A DNA stretch of 64,000 nucleotides from Candidatus Omnitrophota bacterium (GTDB lineage: Bacteria; Omnitrophota; Gorgyraeia; Gygaellales; Profunditerraquicolaceae). The notes under the pieces were generated by a model. That model worked only from the letters and a program-made list of their open reading frames with translations, ran no database searches and was not told the DNA's origin. The stretch is from NCBI GenBank assembly GCA_018822885.1, contig JAHJJA010000047.1:5384-69383 (forward strand), written 5' to 3'. Below, one piece after another: positions 17,199 to 25,596 of this stretch. The first letter of the stretch is position 1; each line of letters begins with the position of its first letter. Position numbers and translations under genes: made by a program.

Positions 17199-19859
17199 AT
17201 GAAAAATCTCTGGAATTTTTCCGATTCTGCCGCAAGTTTTGAGTTTAAAACCGCCCCAAATCTTAATTCGCTGTATCTGCCTTTATGCAATGATCATCTT
17301 ATGTCCTCGATCACCCCCAGTCTGCACGGAGATATTAAAAGCGGACAAAATTCATTCCTGCTTACCCCTGTTTCCCGCATTGATCTGACAGTTTCACGCT
17401 CATCCCGTAATTTCTGGATTTACATTGATAAAAATAAAATATGGTCAGCAACCGGGGTTTCTAAGGATATAAAACAACTGAAGCAGGATAAGGCTGACTT
17501 TTCCGCAGGCCTGCTTTGGCAAAAAGTCACAAGGGCCAACAAAAAAATAGGCCTTAGCGCAGAAATACTTTCTTTTGTCCCCTCGACAGGCGAGCCGGTA
17601 GAAATAATGCGGGTCAGCCTGAAAAATATTTCCTCAAAGAAAATCCAATTGACTCCAACCGCGGCGATCCCGATTTACGCGCGCAGCGCCAATAACATCC
17701 GCGACCACAGGCATGTGTCTTCATTGTTGCAACGGATCTATTTGCATAAATTCGGAGTCATTTCAAAGCCGACTCTTTCTTTTGATGAAGCAGGCCATAA
17801 GCCAAATAAGGAAAATTATTTTGTTTTAGGCTGGGATGAAGATTTTAAGGCGCCGCAATACCTGTATCCGACGCAGGAGATGTTTTGCGGTGAGGGTGGG
17901 GACTTGGAGGCGCCGCTTTCTGTCCTTAATAATCTATCTCCAGATGAAAGCCCTATTCAGGGTAAAGAGGCTATAGGCGCCCTTGGTTTTAAAAGTATCT
18001 GCCTTGCGCCCGGAGCCGCTCATTCTTACATCATTCTGATGGGAATCAGTGATGATACCGCTTCGATAAACAAGATCATCAGAAGATTTAAATCCATTTC
18101 TAAAGTCAACGCGGCATTGGAATCGACAAAAAAATCCTGGGTTAAGGTTTCAGAGAAGATAAGGCTTTCTACGGGCGACGATGATTTTGACCGGTGGTTC
18201 CGTTGGGTGAGTATCCAGCCTACATTAAGAAGGATATTCGGCTGTTCTTTTCTGCCGGACTTTGATTACGGTAAGGGGGGCAGGGGCTGGCGCGATTTAT
18301 GGCAGGATTGCCTTAGCCTTATACTTAATAACCCCAACGAGGTGCGCGCCCTCCTGATCAATAATTTTTCCGGCGTAAGGATCGACGGTTCAAATGCTAC
18401 AATTATCGGCAACAAGCCGGGTGAGTTTATAGCCGACCGTAATGATATCCCCAGGGTTTGGATGGACCATGGGGTCTGGCCGTTGATCACCCTTGATCTA
18501 TATATGAATGAGACAGGGGATTTTGAAATCCTGTTTGAAGAGACGACTTATTTTCGCGACCAGCATATTTTCCGCTCTCAAAAAACAGATAAAGAATGGA
18601 AGCCTTATTTTGAAAACAAATTAAAGACTGCTTCAGGCAAGCTTTATCGTTCGACTATCTTAGAGCATCTGTTAGTGCAGAATCTGGCGCAGTTTTTTAA
18701 TGTCGGTAAACATAACTTTGTCCGTCTTGAGGGCGGCGATTGGAATGATGGGCTTGATATGGCTAAAGATAACGGCGAGAGCGTGGCGTTTAGCGCGATG
18801 TACGCGTATAATCTTTTACGCCTATCAGAGCTCCTGTTTAAGGCCGGAAGAAAGAAGATTTTCTTTGCCAGAGAATTAAAGATCCTCTTGAAGAAGGTCG
18901 ATTACAACAATATTCAGGCAAAACATAAATTGCTGGATGAGTATTTTACGAGGACAAAAGGCACGCTTTCAGGGGCTAAGGTTGAAGTAGATGCGGTTTC
19001 GTTGGCCAAAGACCTGAAATCAAAAGCCGAATGGCTGATGGCGCGTGTGCGCAAGAACGAATGGTTAAAGGATGATTTTTTTAACGGTTATTACGATGAC
19101 AATTGCAGGCGCGTGGAAGGAAAAGTCAATGGCCTTTTAAGGATGAGCCTGACATCGCAGGTGTTTCCGATAATGAGCGGCGCCGCTACTGACAGCCAGA
19201 TAAAAGAGATCTTAAAATGCGCCGATAGATACCTTCTGGATAAAAAGCTCAACGGTTATCATCTAAATACCGATTTCAAAAAGGAACAGCATGACTTGGG
19301 GCGCGCGTTTTCCTTCGCCTATGGCGAGAAGGAGAACGGCTCGTTTTTTAACCATATGATCGTGATGTTTGCCTTTGCGCTTTACAGGCGCGGCTACAAC
19401 TTAGAGGGTTGGCGCGTTTTAAGTTCTATTTATAATATGGTTATGGATAGCGGAAAAAGCAGGATTTATCCTTGTCTGCCGGAATATTTTAATCCGGAGG
19501 GCAGAGGGATGTATTCTTATTTGACCGGCTCCGCAAGCTGGTTTGTGCTGACTATGCTCACACAGGTTTTTGGGGTAAGGGGTGAGGCAGGAGACTTGCT
19601 CATCGAGCCTAAATTATGCGCCAAGCATTTCGGCAAAAATAAGACCTTGAGCATTGAAAGGGTTTTTGCCGGGAAAAATATTAAAGTGAATTTTGTCTGT
19701 CCGCGCAAGGCCTCTAATGCTAAATTACAGATTAAAAGGGCAAGTTTGAACAACCGTAATCTATTGATAAAAGAGGATAACAGAGTTTTGATTCCCCGCA
19801 AAACCGTAATTGCTCTACCGTCTGATAAAATAAATAGTATCGAGGTAGTTTTGGGATAA
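17199..19859 (+). CDS. GH94 glycoside phosphorylase (laminaribiose/cellobiose phosphorylase-like)
   Basis: DYGKGGRGWRDLWQD, catalytic-region DWNDGLD, GEKENGSFFNH, YLTGSASW. Confidence 0.82.
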   Translation: MKNLWNFSDSAASFEFKTAPNLNSLYLPLCNDHLMSSITPSLHGDIKSGQNSFLLTPVSRIDLTVSRSSRNFWIYIDKNKIWSATGVSKDIKQLKQDKADFSAGLLWQKVTRANKKIGLSAEILSFVPSTGEPVEIMRVSLKNISSKKIQLTPTAAIPIYARSANNIRDHRHVSSLLQRIYLHKFGVISKPTLSFDEAGHKPNKENYFVLGWDEDFKAPQYLYPTQEMFCGEGGDLEAPLSVLNNLSPDESPIQGKEAIGALGFKSICLAPGAAHSYIILMGISDDTASINKIIRRFKSISKVNAALESTKKSWVKVSEKIRLSTGDDDFDRWFRWVSIQPTLRRIFGCSFLPDFDYGKGGRGWRDLWQDCLSLILNNPNEVRALLINNFSGVRIDGSNATIIGNKPGEFIADRNDIPRVWMDHGVWPLITLDLYMNETGDFEILFEETTYFRDQHIFRSQKTDKEWKPYFENKLKTASGKLYRSTILEHLLVQNLAQFFNVGKHNFVRLEGGDWNDGLDMAKDNGESVAFSAMYAYNLLRLSELLFKAGRKKIFFARELKILLKKVDYNNIQAKHKLLDEYFTRTKGTLSGAKVEVDAVSLAKDLKSKAEWLMARVRKNEWLKDDFFNGYYDDNCRRVEGKVNGLLRMSLTSQVFPIMSGAATDSQIKEILKCADRYLLDKKLNGYHLNTDFKKEQHDLGRAFSFAYGEKENGSFFNHMIVMFAFALYRRGYNLEGWRVLSSIYNMVMDSGKSRIYPCLPEYFNPEGRGMYSYLTGSASWFVLTMLTQVFGVRGEAGDLLIEPKLCAKHFGKNKTLSIERVFAGKNIKVNFVCPRKASNAKLQIKRASLNNRNLLIKEDNRVLIPRKTVIALPSDKINSIEVVLG

Positions 19860-19868
19860 TTCTTGCGA

Positions 19869-19918
19869 TCAAGACCCGGTCTTGACTTTCTATCTCAATG
19901 TTAAGACCGGGTCTTGAC
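19869..19918. repeat. REPIN-like inverted repeat of two self-palindromic arms
   Basis: TCAAGACCCGGTCTTGAC...GTTAAGACCGGGTCTTGA; related to 855-903. Confidence 0.75.
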
Positions 19919-19939
19919 AGCGTGAGAGGAAAACAAATC

Positions 19940-19968
19940 TTTACAAATCAATAATATATAGGTATAAT
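19940..19968 (+). promoter_or_regulatory. sigma70-type promoter upstream of hisG
   Basis: TTTACA-N17-TATAAT. Confidence 0.55.
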
Positions 19969-20100
19969 AACTCCTCGTGTTAAAGAGGCCGGTTAAAATA
20001 AGGAAAACCTGGAAGATAAACCCCCGGACGCGGGTCAAAAAGAGTAAGAAAATCTACTCCCGCAGTAAAACAAAGCTTGAAATAAAAAGGATGATCCAAA

Positions 20101-20985
20101 ATGAAAGAAAAAGTGCTTAAAATAGGTTTACCAAAGGGCAGCCTTCAGGAGGCGACCTTTAAAATATTTAAAAAGGCCGGATTCAATGTTTCGCTTCCTA
20201 ATGAGCGCTCTTATTTTCCGTCGATAAATGACCCCGAAATAAAAGCGGTATTGCTGCGCGCGCAGGAGATGTCCCGTTACGTGCAGGATGAAGCGCTTGA
20301 TTGCGGGATCACCGGCAATGACTGGATTTTAGAAAACAGGTCTGACGTGGTAAGGATCACTGATCTGGCTTACGCCAAGCAGAGCATGAACAAGGTGCGC
20401 TGGGTCCTGGCTGTACCGCAGGATTCCGGAGTAAAGTCGGTGAAGGATCTAGGTGGAAAGCGCATTGCCACGGAATTGGTTAATGTCACCAAAGATTACT
20501 TTAAAAAGCACAATGTCAAGGTCGATGTTGAATTCAGCTGGGGCGCCACAGAAGTCAAGGTAAGCGCCGGGTTAGTCGATGCTATTGTCGAGCTTACCGA
20601 GACCGGTTCAAGCCTAAGGGCAAATAAATTAAGCGAGATCGCCACTCTTTGCGAATCCACTACGCAGTTCATCTGCAATAAAAAAGCGTTTAAAGACCCT
20701 TGGAAGAAGGCGAAGATGGAGGAGATAGCACTTTTATTAAAGGGCGCCATTGCCGCCGAGGCAAAAGTAGGCCTGAAAATGAATGTGCGTAAAGGTGATC
20801 TGAAGAAAGTAACTTCTAAACTCCCCGCGCTTAGAAAACCGACTATCTCCGGACTTTCCGAAGATGGATGGTATGCGGTCGAGACTATAATAGATGAGAG
20901 TGTAGTGCGCGTGCTGATCCCGGAGTTAAAGAAGGCCGGGGCCTCGGGGATCATTGAGTATCCGTTGAATAAAGTAATTTACTAG
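20101..20985 (+). CDS. hisG: ATP phosphoribosyltransferase (long form)
   Basis: [41 protein letters not shown]-terminal regulatory domain. Confidence 0.96.
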   Translation: MKEKVLKIGLPKGSLQEATFKIFKKAGFNVSLPNERSYFPSINDPEIKAVLLRAQEMSRYVQDEALDCGITGNDWILENRSDVVRITDLAYAKQSMNKVRWVLAVPQDSGVKSVKDLGGKRIATELVNVTKDYFKKHNVKVDVEFSWGATEVKVSAGLVDAIVELTETGSSLRANKLSEIATLCESTTQFICNKKAFKDPWKKAKMEEIALLLKGAIAAEAKVGLKMNVRKGDLKKVTSKLPALRKPTISGLSEDGWYAVETIIDESVVRVLIPELKKAGASGIIEYPLNKVIY

Positions 20986-21011
20986 TAGCGGGCGATTAAA
21001 AGGAGCAAACG

Positions 21012-21113
21012 ATGCCTTGCGGTAAAAAGAGAAAAAGAAAGAAGATCAGGACTCATAAAAGAAAGAAGTTGCGTCGTCGTCTTCGCCATCTGAAGAAGAG
21101 AGCCTGGGGTTAA
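21012..21113 (+). CDS. 33-aa basic protein, bS22/mS38 (DUF1713)-like ribosomal protein; absent from the ORF track
   Basis: MPCGKKRKRKKIRTHKRKKLRRRLRHLKKRAWG with AAGGAG RBS. Confidence 0.8.
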   Translation: MPCGKKRKRKKIRTHKRKKLRRRLRHLKKRAWG

Positions 21114-21148
21114 TCCGATAACAAGTAGGTTTAGGGGCTATTCCGATA

Positions 21149-22126
21149 ATGACTTCTAACGCGAAGAAGCGCGCATGGGGCCTGTTTTTGTGCTTTTTGT
21201 TTTGTTTTAGCTTAAGAACAGACATATATTGCCTGGATAAGAAAAGTTCATCCGCACTTTCTCATTATATCATGGGAGTGATGTATGAGGATTTGGGCGA
21301 GATCGATAAGGCTATCCAGGAATATAAGAAGGCTATAGGGTTTGATTCCCAGGTAGTGCTTATGCATTTAAGCCTGGCTGCTAATTACCTGAAGAAAAAT
21401 CAGGCAGCTCAGGCAATAGATGAGCTTAAGACGGCCATCCTATTAGACCCTGATTCGGTCGAGCCGCACGCCATTTTGGCGCTGATATATACCTCTCAGA
21501 ATAAGGGCGAGCTGGCCTCCCAGGAATACGAAACAGCTTTAAAGAACGCTTCAAAACTTGACCCGGGTAATATCAATATCTACAAAGGCCTTGGGGCAGT
21601 ATATTTGAAGCAGAAGAAAACAAAAGAGGCGGAAAGTACTTTTAAGCTTATTCTGGATTTGTCTCCCGGTGATGCCGACGCGCATTTTTTTCTCGGCGGT
21701 ATTTATAACGAGGAAAATAAGTCCGCGCTGGCGGAAAAAGAACTTAAGCGCGCGATAGAGCTTAAGCCTGATTATGCCGAGGCGTTGAATTTCCTCGGCT
21801 ATCTTTATGTGGAGTCCAACAGGAACCTGGATAAAGCCGAGGGCATGATACGTAAGGCTTTAGAGAAGGACAAGGATAATGGCGCCTACATTGATAGCTT
21901 GGGCTGGCTTTATTTTCAAAAAGGGAAGATTAAAGAGGCGCTTAAGGAGCTCGAAAGAGCTAAAACTTTGATCGAAGACCCGGTTGTCTACGAACATCTC
22001 GGAGAGGCCTACTTAAAATTAAAAGATATAGATAATGCCAGGCTTAACTGGGAGAAATCACTAAAGCTTGATCCGAAACAGGAGAAGGTCAGAAAAAAAC
22101 TTGAAAATTTAAAGAATAAAAGATAG
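21149..22126 (+). CDS. Tetratricopeptide repeat protein
   Basis: Multiple TPRs, AEALNFLGY, AYIDSLGW; N-terminal signal-like segment. Confidence 0.88.
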   Translation: MTSNAKKRAWGLFLCFLFCFSLRTDIYCLDKKSSSALSHYIMGVMYEDLGEIDKAIQEYKKAIGFDSQVVLMHLSLAANYLKKNQAAQAIDELKTAILLDPDSVEPHAILALIYTSQNKGELASQEYETALKNASKLDPGNINIYKGLGAVYLKQKKTKEAESTFKLILDLSPGDADAHFFLGGIYNEENKSALAEKELKRAIELKPDYAEALNFLGYLYVESNRNLDKAEGMIRKALEKDKDNGAYIDSLGWLYFQKGKIKEALKELERAKTLIEDPVVYEHLGEAYLKLKDIDNARLNWEKSLKLDPKQEKVRKKLENLKNKR

Positions 22127-22142
22127 AAAGCAAAAATTGAAA

Positions 22143-22964
22143 ATGGATCAATCTCAAGAAAAAATCAAAGAATTAGAAGCTAAAGCAAAAGAGATACGCT
22201 GTCTTATCGTAGAGATGCTTGCTAAGGCTGGTTCCGGGCATCCCGGGGGGAGCCTTTCGGCGACAGACCTGATCACTGCTTTGTATTTTGCGGTATTAAA
22301 GCATGACCCTAAGAATCCGCAGTGGCATGAACGCGACAGGTTTCATATGTCAAAGGGGCATTGTTGTCCGCTTTGGTATGCGGTTTTGGCTGAATCAGGC
22401 TATTTTCCTAAGGAAAAGCTGATGACTTTACGCCAGCTTGGTTCTATGCTTCAGGGGCATCCTGACAGGCGCACTCCCGGAGTAGAGGTACCCTCTGGTT
22501 CTCTGGGGCAGGGGTTGTCAGTCGCGCTGGGAATGAGTTTGGCTGCGCGGGTAGATAAAAATGATTACAGGGTGTACGTCTTGATTGGCGACGGAGAATC
22601 GCAAGAGGGTAATATCTGGGAAGCGGCAATGGCTGCCAGCCACTATAAATGCGACAATATCTGCGCTATCCTTGATTATAACGGATTCCAGATCGACGGA
22701 AAGATCTGTCAGATCATGGCATTAGAGCCTGTAGTGCTCAAGTGGCAGGCTTTCGGTTGGAATACCATAGAGATAAACGGCCACGATATGAAACAGATCC
22801 TGTCCGCATATGAAGAGGCAAAGAAAGTAAAAGAGAAGCCCACGATCATCATCGCGCACACAGTAAAGGGTAAGGGTGTTTCTTTTATGGAGCATGTCTG
22901 CGATTTTCACGGCCGCGCGCCTACGAAAGAAGAAACAGAAAAGGCATTGAAAGAATTACAATGA
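22143..22964 (+). CDS. tktA: Transketolase, N-terminal (TPP-binding) subunit
   Basis: GSGHPGGSLS, SKGH, GSLGQG, GDGESQEG. Confidence 0.93.
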   Translation: MDQSQEKIKELEAKAKEIRCLIVEMLAKAGSGHPGGSLSATDLITALYFAVLKHDPKNPQWHERDRFHMSKGHCCPLWYAVLAESGYFPKEKLMTLRQLGSMLQGHPDRRTPGVEVPSGSLGQGLSVALGMSLAARVDKNDYRVYVLIGDGESQEGNIWEAAMAASHYKCDNICAILDYNGFQIDGKICQIMALEPVVLKWQAFGWNTIEINGHDMKQILSAYEEAKKVKEKPTIIIAHTVKGKGVSFMEHVCDFHGRAPTKEETEKALKELQ

Positions 22965-23896
22965 GCGAACTTTTATATCAAAGGGATATCTACGGAAAGA
23001 CTCTAGTCGAACTTGGCAAGATAAATAAGGATATTATCGTCCTAGACGCGGACCTTTCCAGTTCAACACGCACAAGCCTTTTTGCCAAGGCTTATCCGGA
23101 AAGATTTTTTAACCTCGGAGTAGCAGAACAGAATATGATGGCTACCGCCGCGAGGTTTGCCTCTTGCGGCAAAACTGTGTTTGCCTCTACATTCGCGATA
23201 TTCGCTACCGGCAGGGCATGGGACCAGGTCAGAAATTCCGTCAGCTATAGTAATTTTAATATCAAAATAGTGGCTACTCACGCAGGCATCACCGTAGGCC
23301 CTGACGGGGCAACGCATCAGGCACTCGAAGATATAGCCCTTATGCGCGTGATCCCTAACATGAAGATTATTGTTCCTTGCGACGGCCCCCAGACAGGCGA
23401 AGCTATAATTGCAGCGCTAAATAATAAGGGCCCTTTTTATGTGCGGCTAGGACGGTGTAAGGTTCCTACATTAGAGAATAAGGGAGAGTTTAAATTAGGC
23501 AAGGCACAGGTCTTGACCGAAGGTAATGATGTAGCGGTTCTTGCCTGCGGTATAATGGTCGCGCAGGCGCTGGAAGCAGTCAAAAGCTTAAAAGAAAAGG
23601 GGATAAGTGCTCGGCTGATCAATATGCATACTATAAGGCCCCTTGATAGCGAGGCGATCTTAAAGGCCGCTAAAGAAACCCGCGGCATAGTGGTCTGCGA
23701 AGAACATTCGGTGATCGGAGGGCTGGCCTCCAGCATCGATGAAGTAGTGGCGGAAAATCACCCCACAAAAGTGCTGCGCGTCGGGATAAAAAACAGGTTC
23801 GGCCAATCTGGCGAGCCTGATGAATTGCTTAAAGAGTACAATCTGACGAGCGCGGATATTGAAAAAGCCGTATTAGCCTGCATATCTTCTAAGTAA
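22961..23896 (+). CDS. tktB: Transketolase, C-terminal subunit
   Basis: GVAEQNM, GPDGATHQALED, EEHSVIGGL. Confidence 0.92.
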   Translation: MSELLYQRDIYGKTLVELGKINKDIIVLDADLSSSTRTSLFAKAYPERFFNLGVAEQNMMATAARFASCGKTVFASTFAIFATGRAWDQVRNSVSYSNFNIKIVATHAGITVGPDGATHQALEDIALMRVIPNMKIIVPCDGPQTGEAIIAALNNKGPFYVRLGRCKVPTLENKGEFKLGKAQVLTEGNDVAVLACGIMVAQALEAVKSLKEKGISARLINMHTIRPLDSEAILKAAKETRGIVVCEEHSVIGGLASSIDEVVAENHPTKVLRVGIKNRFGQSGEPDELLKEYNLTSADIEKAVLACISSK

Positions 23897-23899
23897 AAA

Positions 23900-24820
23900 T
23901 TGGTCCTCAAATCCTACGCTAAATTAAACCTCTATTTAAAAGTCCTGAAGCTTCGTAAGGATAAATACCATAGCCTAAAAAGCCTGTTTGAAAGGATCGA
24001 TCTCGCTGATAGGATAATCATCAGGTCAACCCCGGATAAAAGAATCAGGATAATCTGTAAAGACGCGGCTGTACCTCAAGATAGCGCTAACCTTTGCTAT
24101 AAAAGCGCAAAATTATTGCAGGATGTTTTTGGCATTACTAAAGGCGCGGATATTACGATTGAAAAAAATATTCCTGTGGGAGCCGGGCTCGGAGGCGGTT
24201 CAAGTAACGCTGCCACAGTGCTTTTAGGCTTGAATAAAATTTGGAAACTAAATATTTCCCGGGAAAAACTGGCTAAATTAGGCGCTAAGGTCGGCAGCGA
24301 CGTGCCGTTTTTTATTTACGCTTCTCCTTTTGCCCTTGTTACTGGAAGGGGTGAGAGGATAAAGCCGTTAAAACTCCTTAATAAGGGTACTCTTTGGCAT
24401 ATTATTATTGTGCCGAAATTGCACGTTTCCACGCCTTTGATTTATAAGAAATGGGATGATTTTAGCGGGATTTCCCCTACACCAACTTTTAATAAAACTG
24501 GTTCAAGAAAGTTGGTGTGGGGGTTGACAAAGCCCAAATACGATGTTAAACTACTTCTTTCGGTGATTGAAAAAAAGGGCCTGATTTGGCCGGATGGGGT
24601 TTTATTCAACAGCTTAGAGGCTGTGACAGTAAAGCTTTATCCTGAAGTCAGGCTCATAAAAGAAAAACTCTCCGCTCTGGGTGTAAAATCAATCTTGATG
24701 TCCGGAAGCGGTCCGGCTGTATTTGGAATTGTTTCTTCGCGAAAGGAGGCCGTAGCTTTAAGGGAAAGGCTGACGTATTCTTGCAGCCGGTGGCGTGTTT
24801 TTGCCGCTAAGACTTTTTAA
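23900..24820 (+). CDS. ispE: 4-diphosphocytidyl-2-C-methyl-D-erythritol kinase
   Basis: AKLNLYL, KNIPVGAGLGGGSSNAA, GSDVPFF, MSGSGP; contains an in-frame palindromic segment. Confidence 0.93.
   Translation: MVLKSYAKLNLYLKVLKLRKDKYHSLKSLFERIDLADRIIIRSTPDKRIRIICKDAAVPQDSANLCYKSAKLLQDVFGITKGADITIEKNIPVGAGLGGGSSNAATVLLGLNKIWKLNISREKLAKLGAKVGSDVPFFIYASPFALVTGRGERIKPLKLLNKGTLWHIIIVPKLHVSTPLIYKKWDDFSGISPTPTFNKTGSRKLVWGLTKPKYDVKLLLSVIEKKGLIWPDGVLFNSLEAVTVKLYPEVRLIKEKLSALGVKSILMSGSGPAVFGIVSSRKEAVALRERLTYSCSRWRVFAAKTF
24474..24523. repeat. Palindromic element lying in-frame within ispE
   Basis: CCCCTACACCAACTTT...AAAGTTGGTGTGGGGG, 16-bp stem with one G-T pair. Confidence 0.78.
24524..24552 (+). promoter_or_regulatory. 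Internal sigma70-type promoter within ispE (likely for spoVG/tRNA-Gln/glmU)
   Basis: TTGACA-N17-TAAACT with TG preceding the -10. Confidence 0.55.
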
Positions 24821-24838
24821 GCAGAGTAACAGGAGGTA

Positions 24839-25240
24839 ATGGCCATGGAAATCACCGAAGTAAGGGTAACTCTTAAGGATTCTCCCGATAAAAAACTAAA
24901 GGCATACGCGACTGTTACTTTTGACAATGCCTTTGTCGTCAGGAATATAAAAGTAATAGAGGGCTCTACGGGGCTTTTTATCGCAATGCCTTCTAGAAAA
25001 ATAAAACAGCCCTGTCCGAAATGTAATTTTAAGAACGAATTACGCAGTAAATATTGCAACCAGTGCGGCGCGACTTTGCCTGTGACTAGCCGTCCTATGC
25101 CGGAAGAGACTCAAGGTAGTTCGCAGTTGGAGCACAAAGATATAGCTCATCCTATCACCCAGCAGTTCAGGGAGCTTCTGCAGAAGAAAGTCCTGGAAGC
25201 GTATGAGCAGGAAAAGCTAAAGAGCCCAGCCGGTTTTTAA
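24839..25240 (+). CDS. spoVG: SpoVG family protein with internal zinc ribbon
   Basis: MEITEVRV, LKAYATVTFDNAFVVRNIKVIEG, FIAMPSRK, DIAHPI; CPKC...CNQC insert. Confidence 0.9.
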   Translation: MAMEITEVRVTLKDSPDKKLKAYATVTFDNAFVVRNIKVIEGSTGLFIAMPSRKIKQPCPKCNFKNELRSKYCNQCGATLPVTSRPMPEETQGSSQLEHKDIAHPITQQFRELLQKKVLEAYEQEKLKSPAGF

Positions 25241-25265
25241 GGCAGGATGACCGCAAGTTCATATT

Positions 25266-25352
25266 TGCCCGGTAGTGTCCCGCCGTAGTATTGGGTAGCA
25301 AGCGGGATCCCGACCGAGCGTAAGCGAGCGTCGGGATAATGGTAGCACAGGG
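25266..25352 (+). pseudogene. 5' half of a tRNA-Gln-like gene interrupted by two hairpins (25278-25307, 25308-25336)
   Basis: Removing the hairpins gives TGCCCGGTAGTG|TAATGGTAGCACA, an acceptor strand plus D-arm (GTG/CAC). Confidence 0.8.
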
Positions 25353-25389
25353 CGGCCTCGCAAAGTATGAGGAACTTAGAATTTAGATT

Positions 25390-25460
25390 TGGGATGTCGT
25401 CCAATGGGAGGACACGAGAATTTGGGTCTCGCTATCATGGTTCGAATCCATGCGTCCCAA
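25390..25460 (+). tRNA. tRNA-Gln (TTG)
   Basis: TGGGATG/CGTCCCA acceptor, CGAGA-ATTTGGG-TCTCG anticodon arm, CATGG-TTCGAAT-CCATG T-arm. Confidence 0.9.
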
Positions 25461-25473
25461 TTTGATAAGATGA

Positions 25474-25558
25474 TTGTCAAGGTTCTCCCGCCGTAGTATT
25501 AGGTAGCAAGCGGGATCCCAACTGAACGCAATAGAAGTTGGGAATCCTTGCCGGGCAA
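25474..25558 (+). pseudogene. 3' half of the same tRNA-Gln-like gene, T-loop interrupted by two hairpins (25486-25515, 25516-25543)
   Basis: TTGT-CAAGG-TTC[insert]GAAT-CCTTG-CCGGGCA-A; CCGGGCA pairs exactly with TGCCCGG at 25266. Confidence 0.8.
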
Positions 25559-25596
25559 CGGTCGATTTCAGACGTCCCAACTAACACAGAAAAACT

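Noticed and set aside
19970-20100. His attenuator or T-box upstream of hisG
   Set aside because: No His-codon leader peptide, T-box consensus or terminator is visible; only a weak GCGGG/CCCGC pairing.
22143-23896. Split transketolase as a frameshifted pseudogene
   Set aside because: Two-subunit transketolases are common; the genes overlap by ATGA and both have intact motifs.
25383-25580. Minus-strand 65-aa ORF (and similarly 40819-41025)
   Set aside because: Antisense translation of tRNA genes and hairpins.
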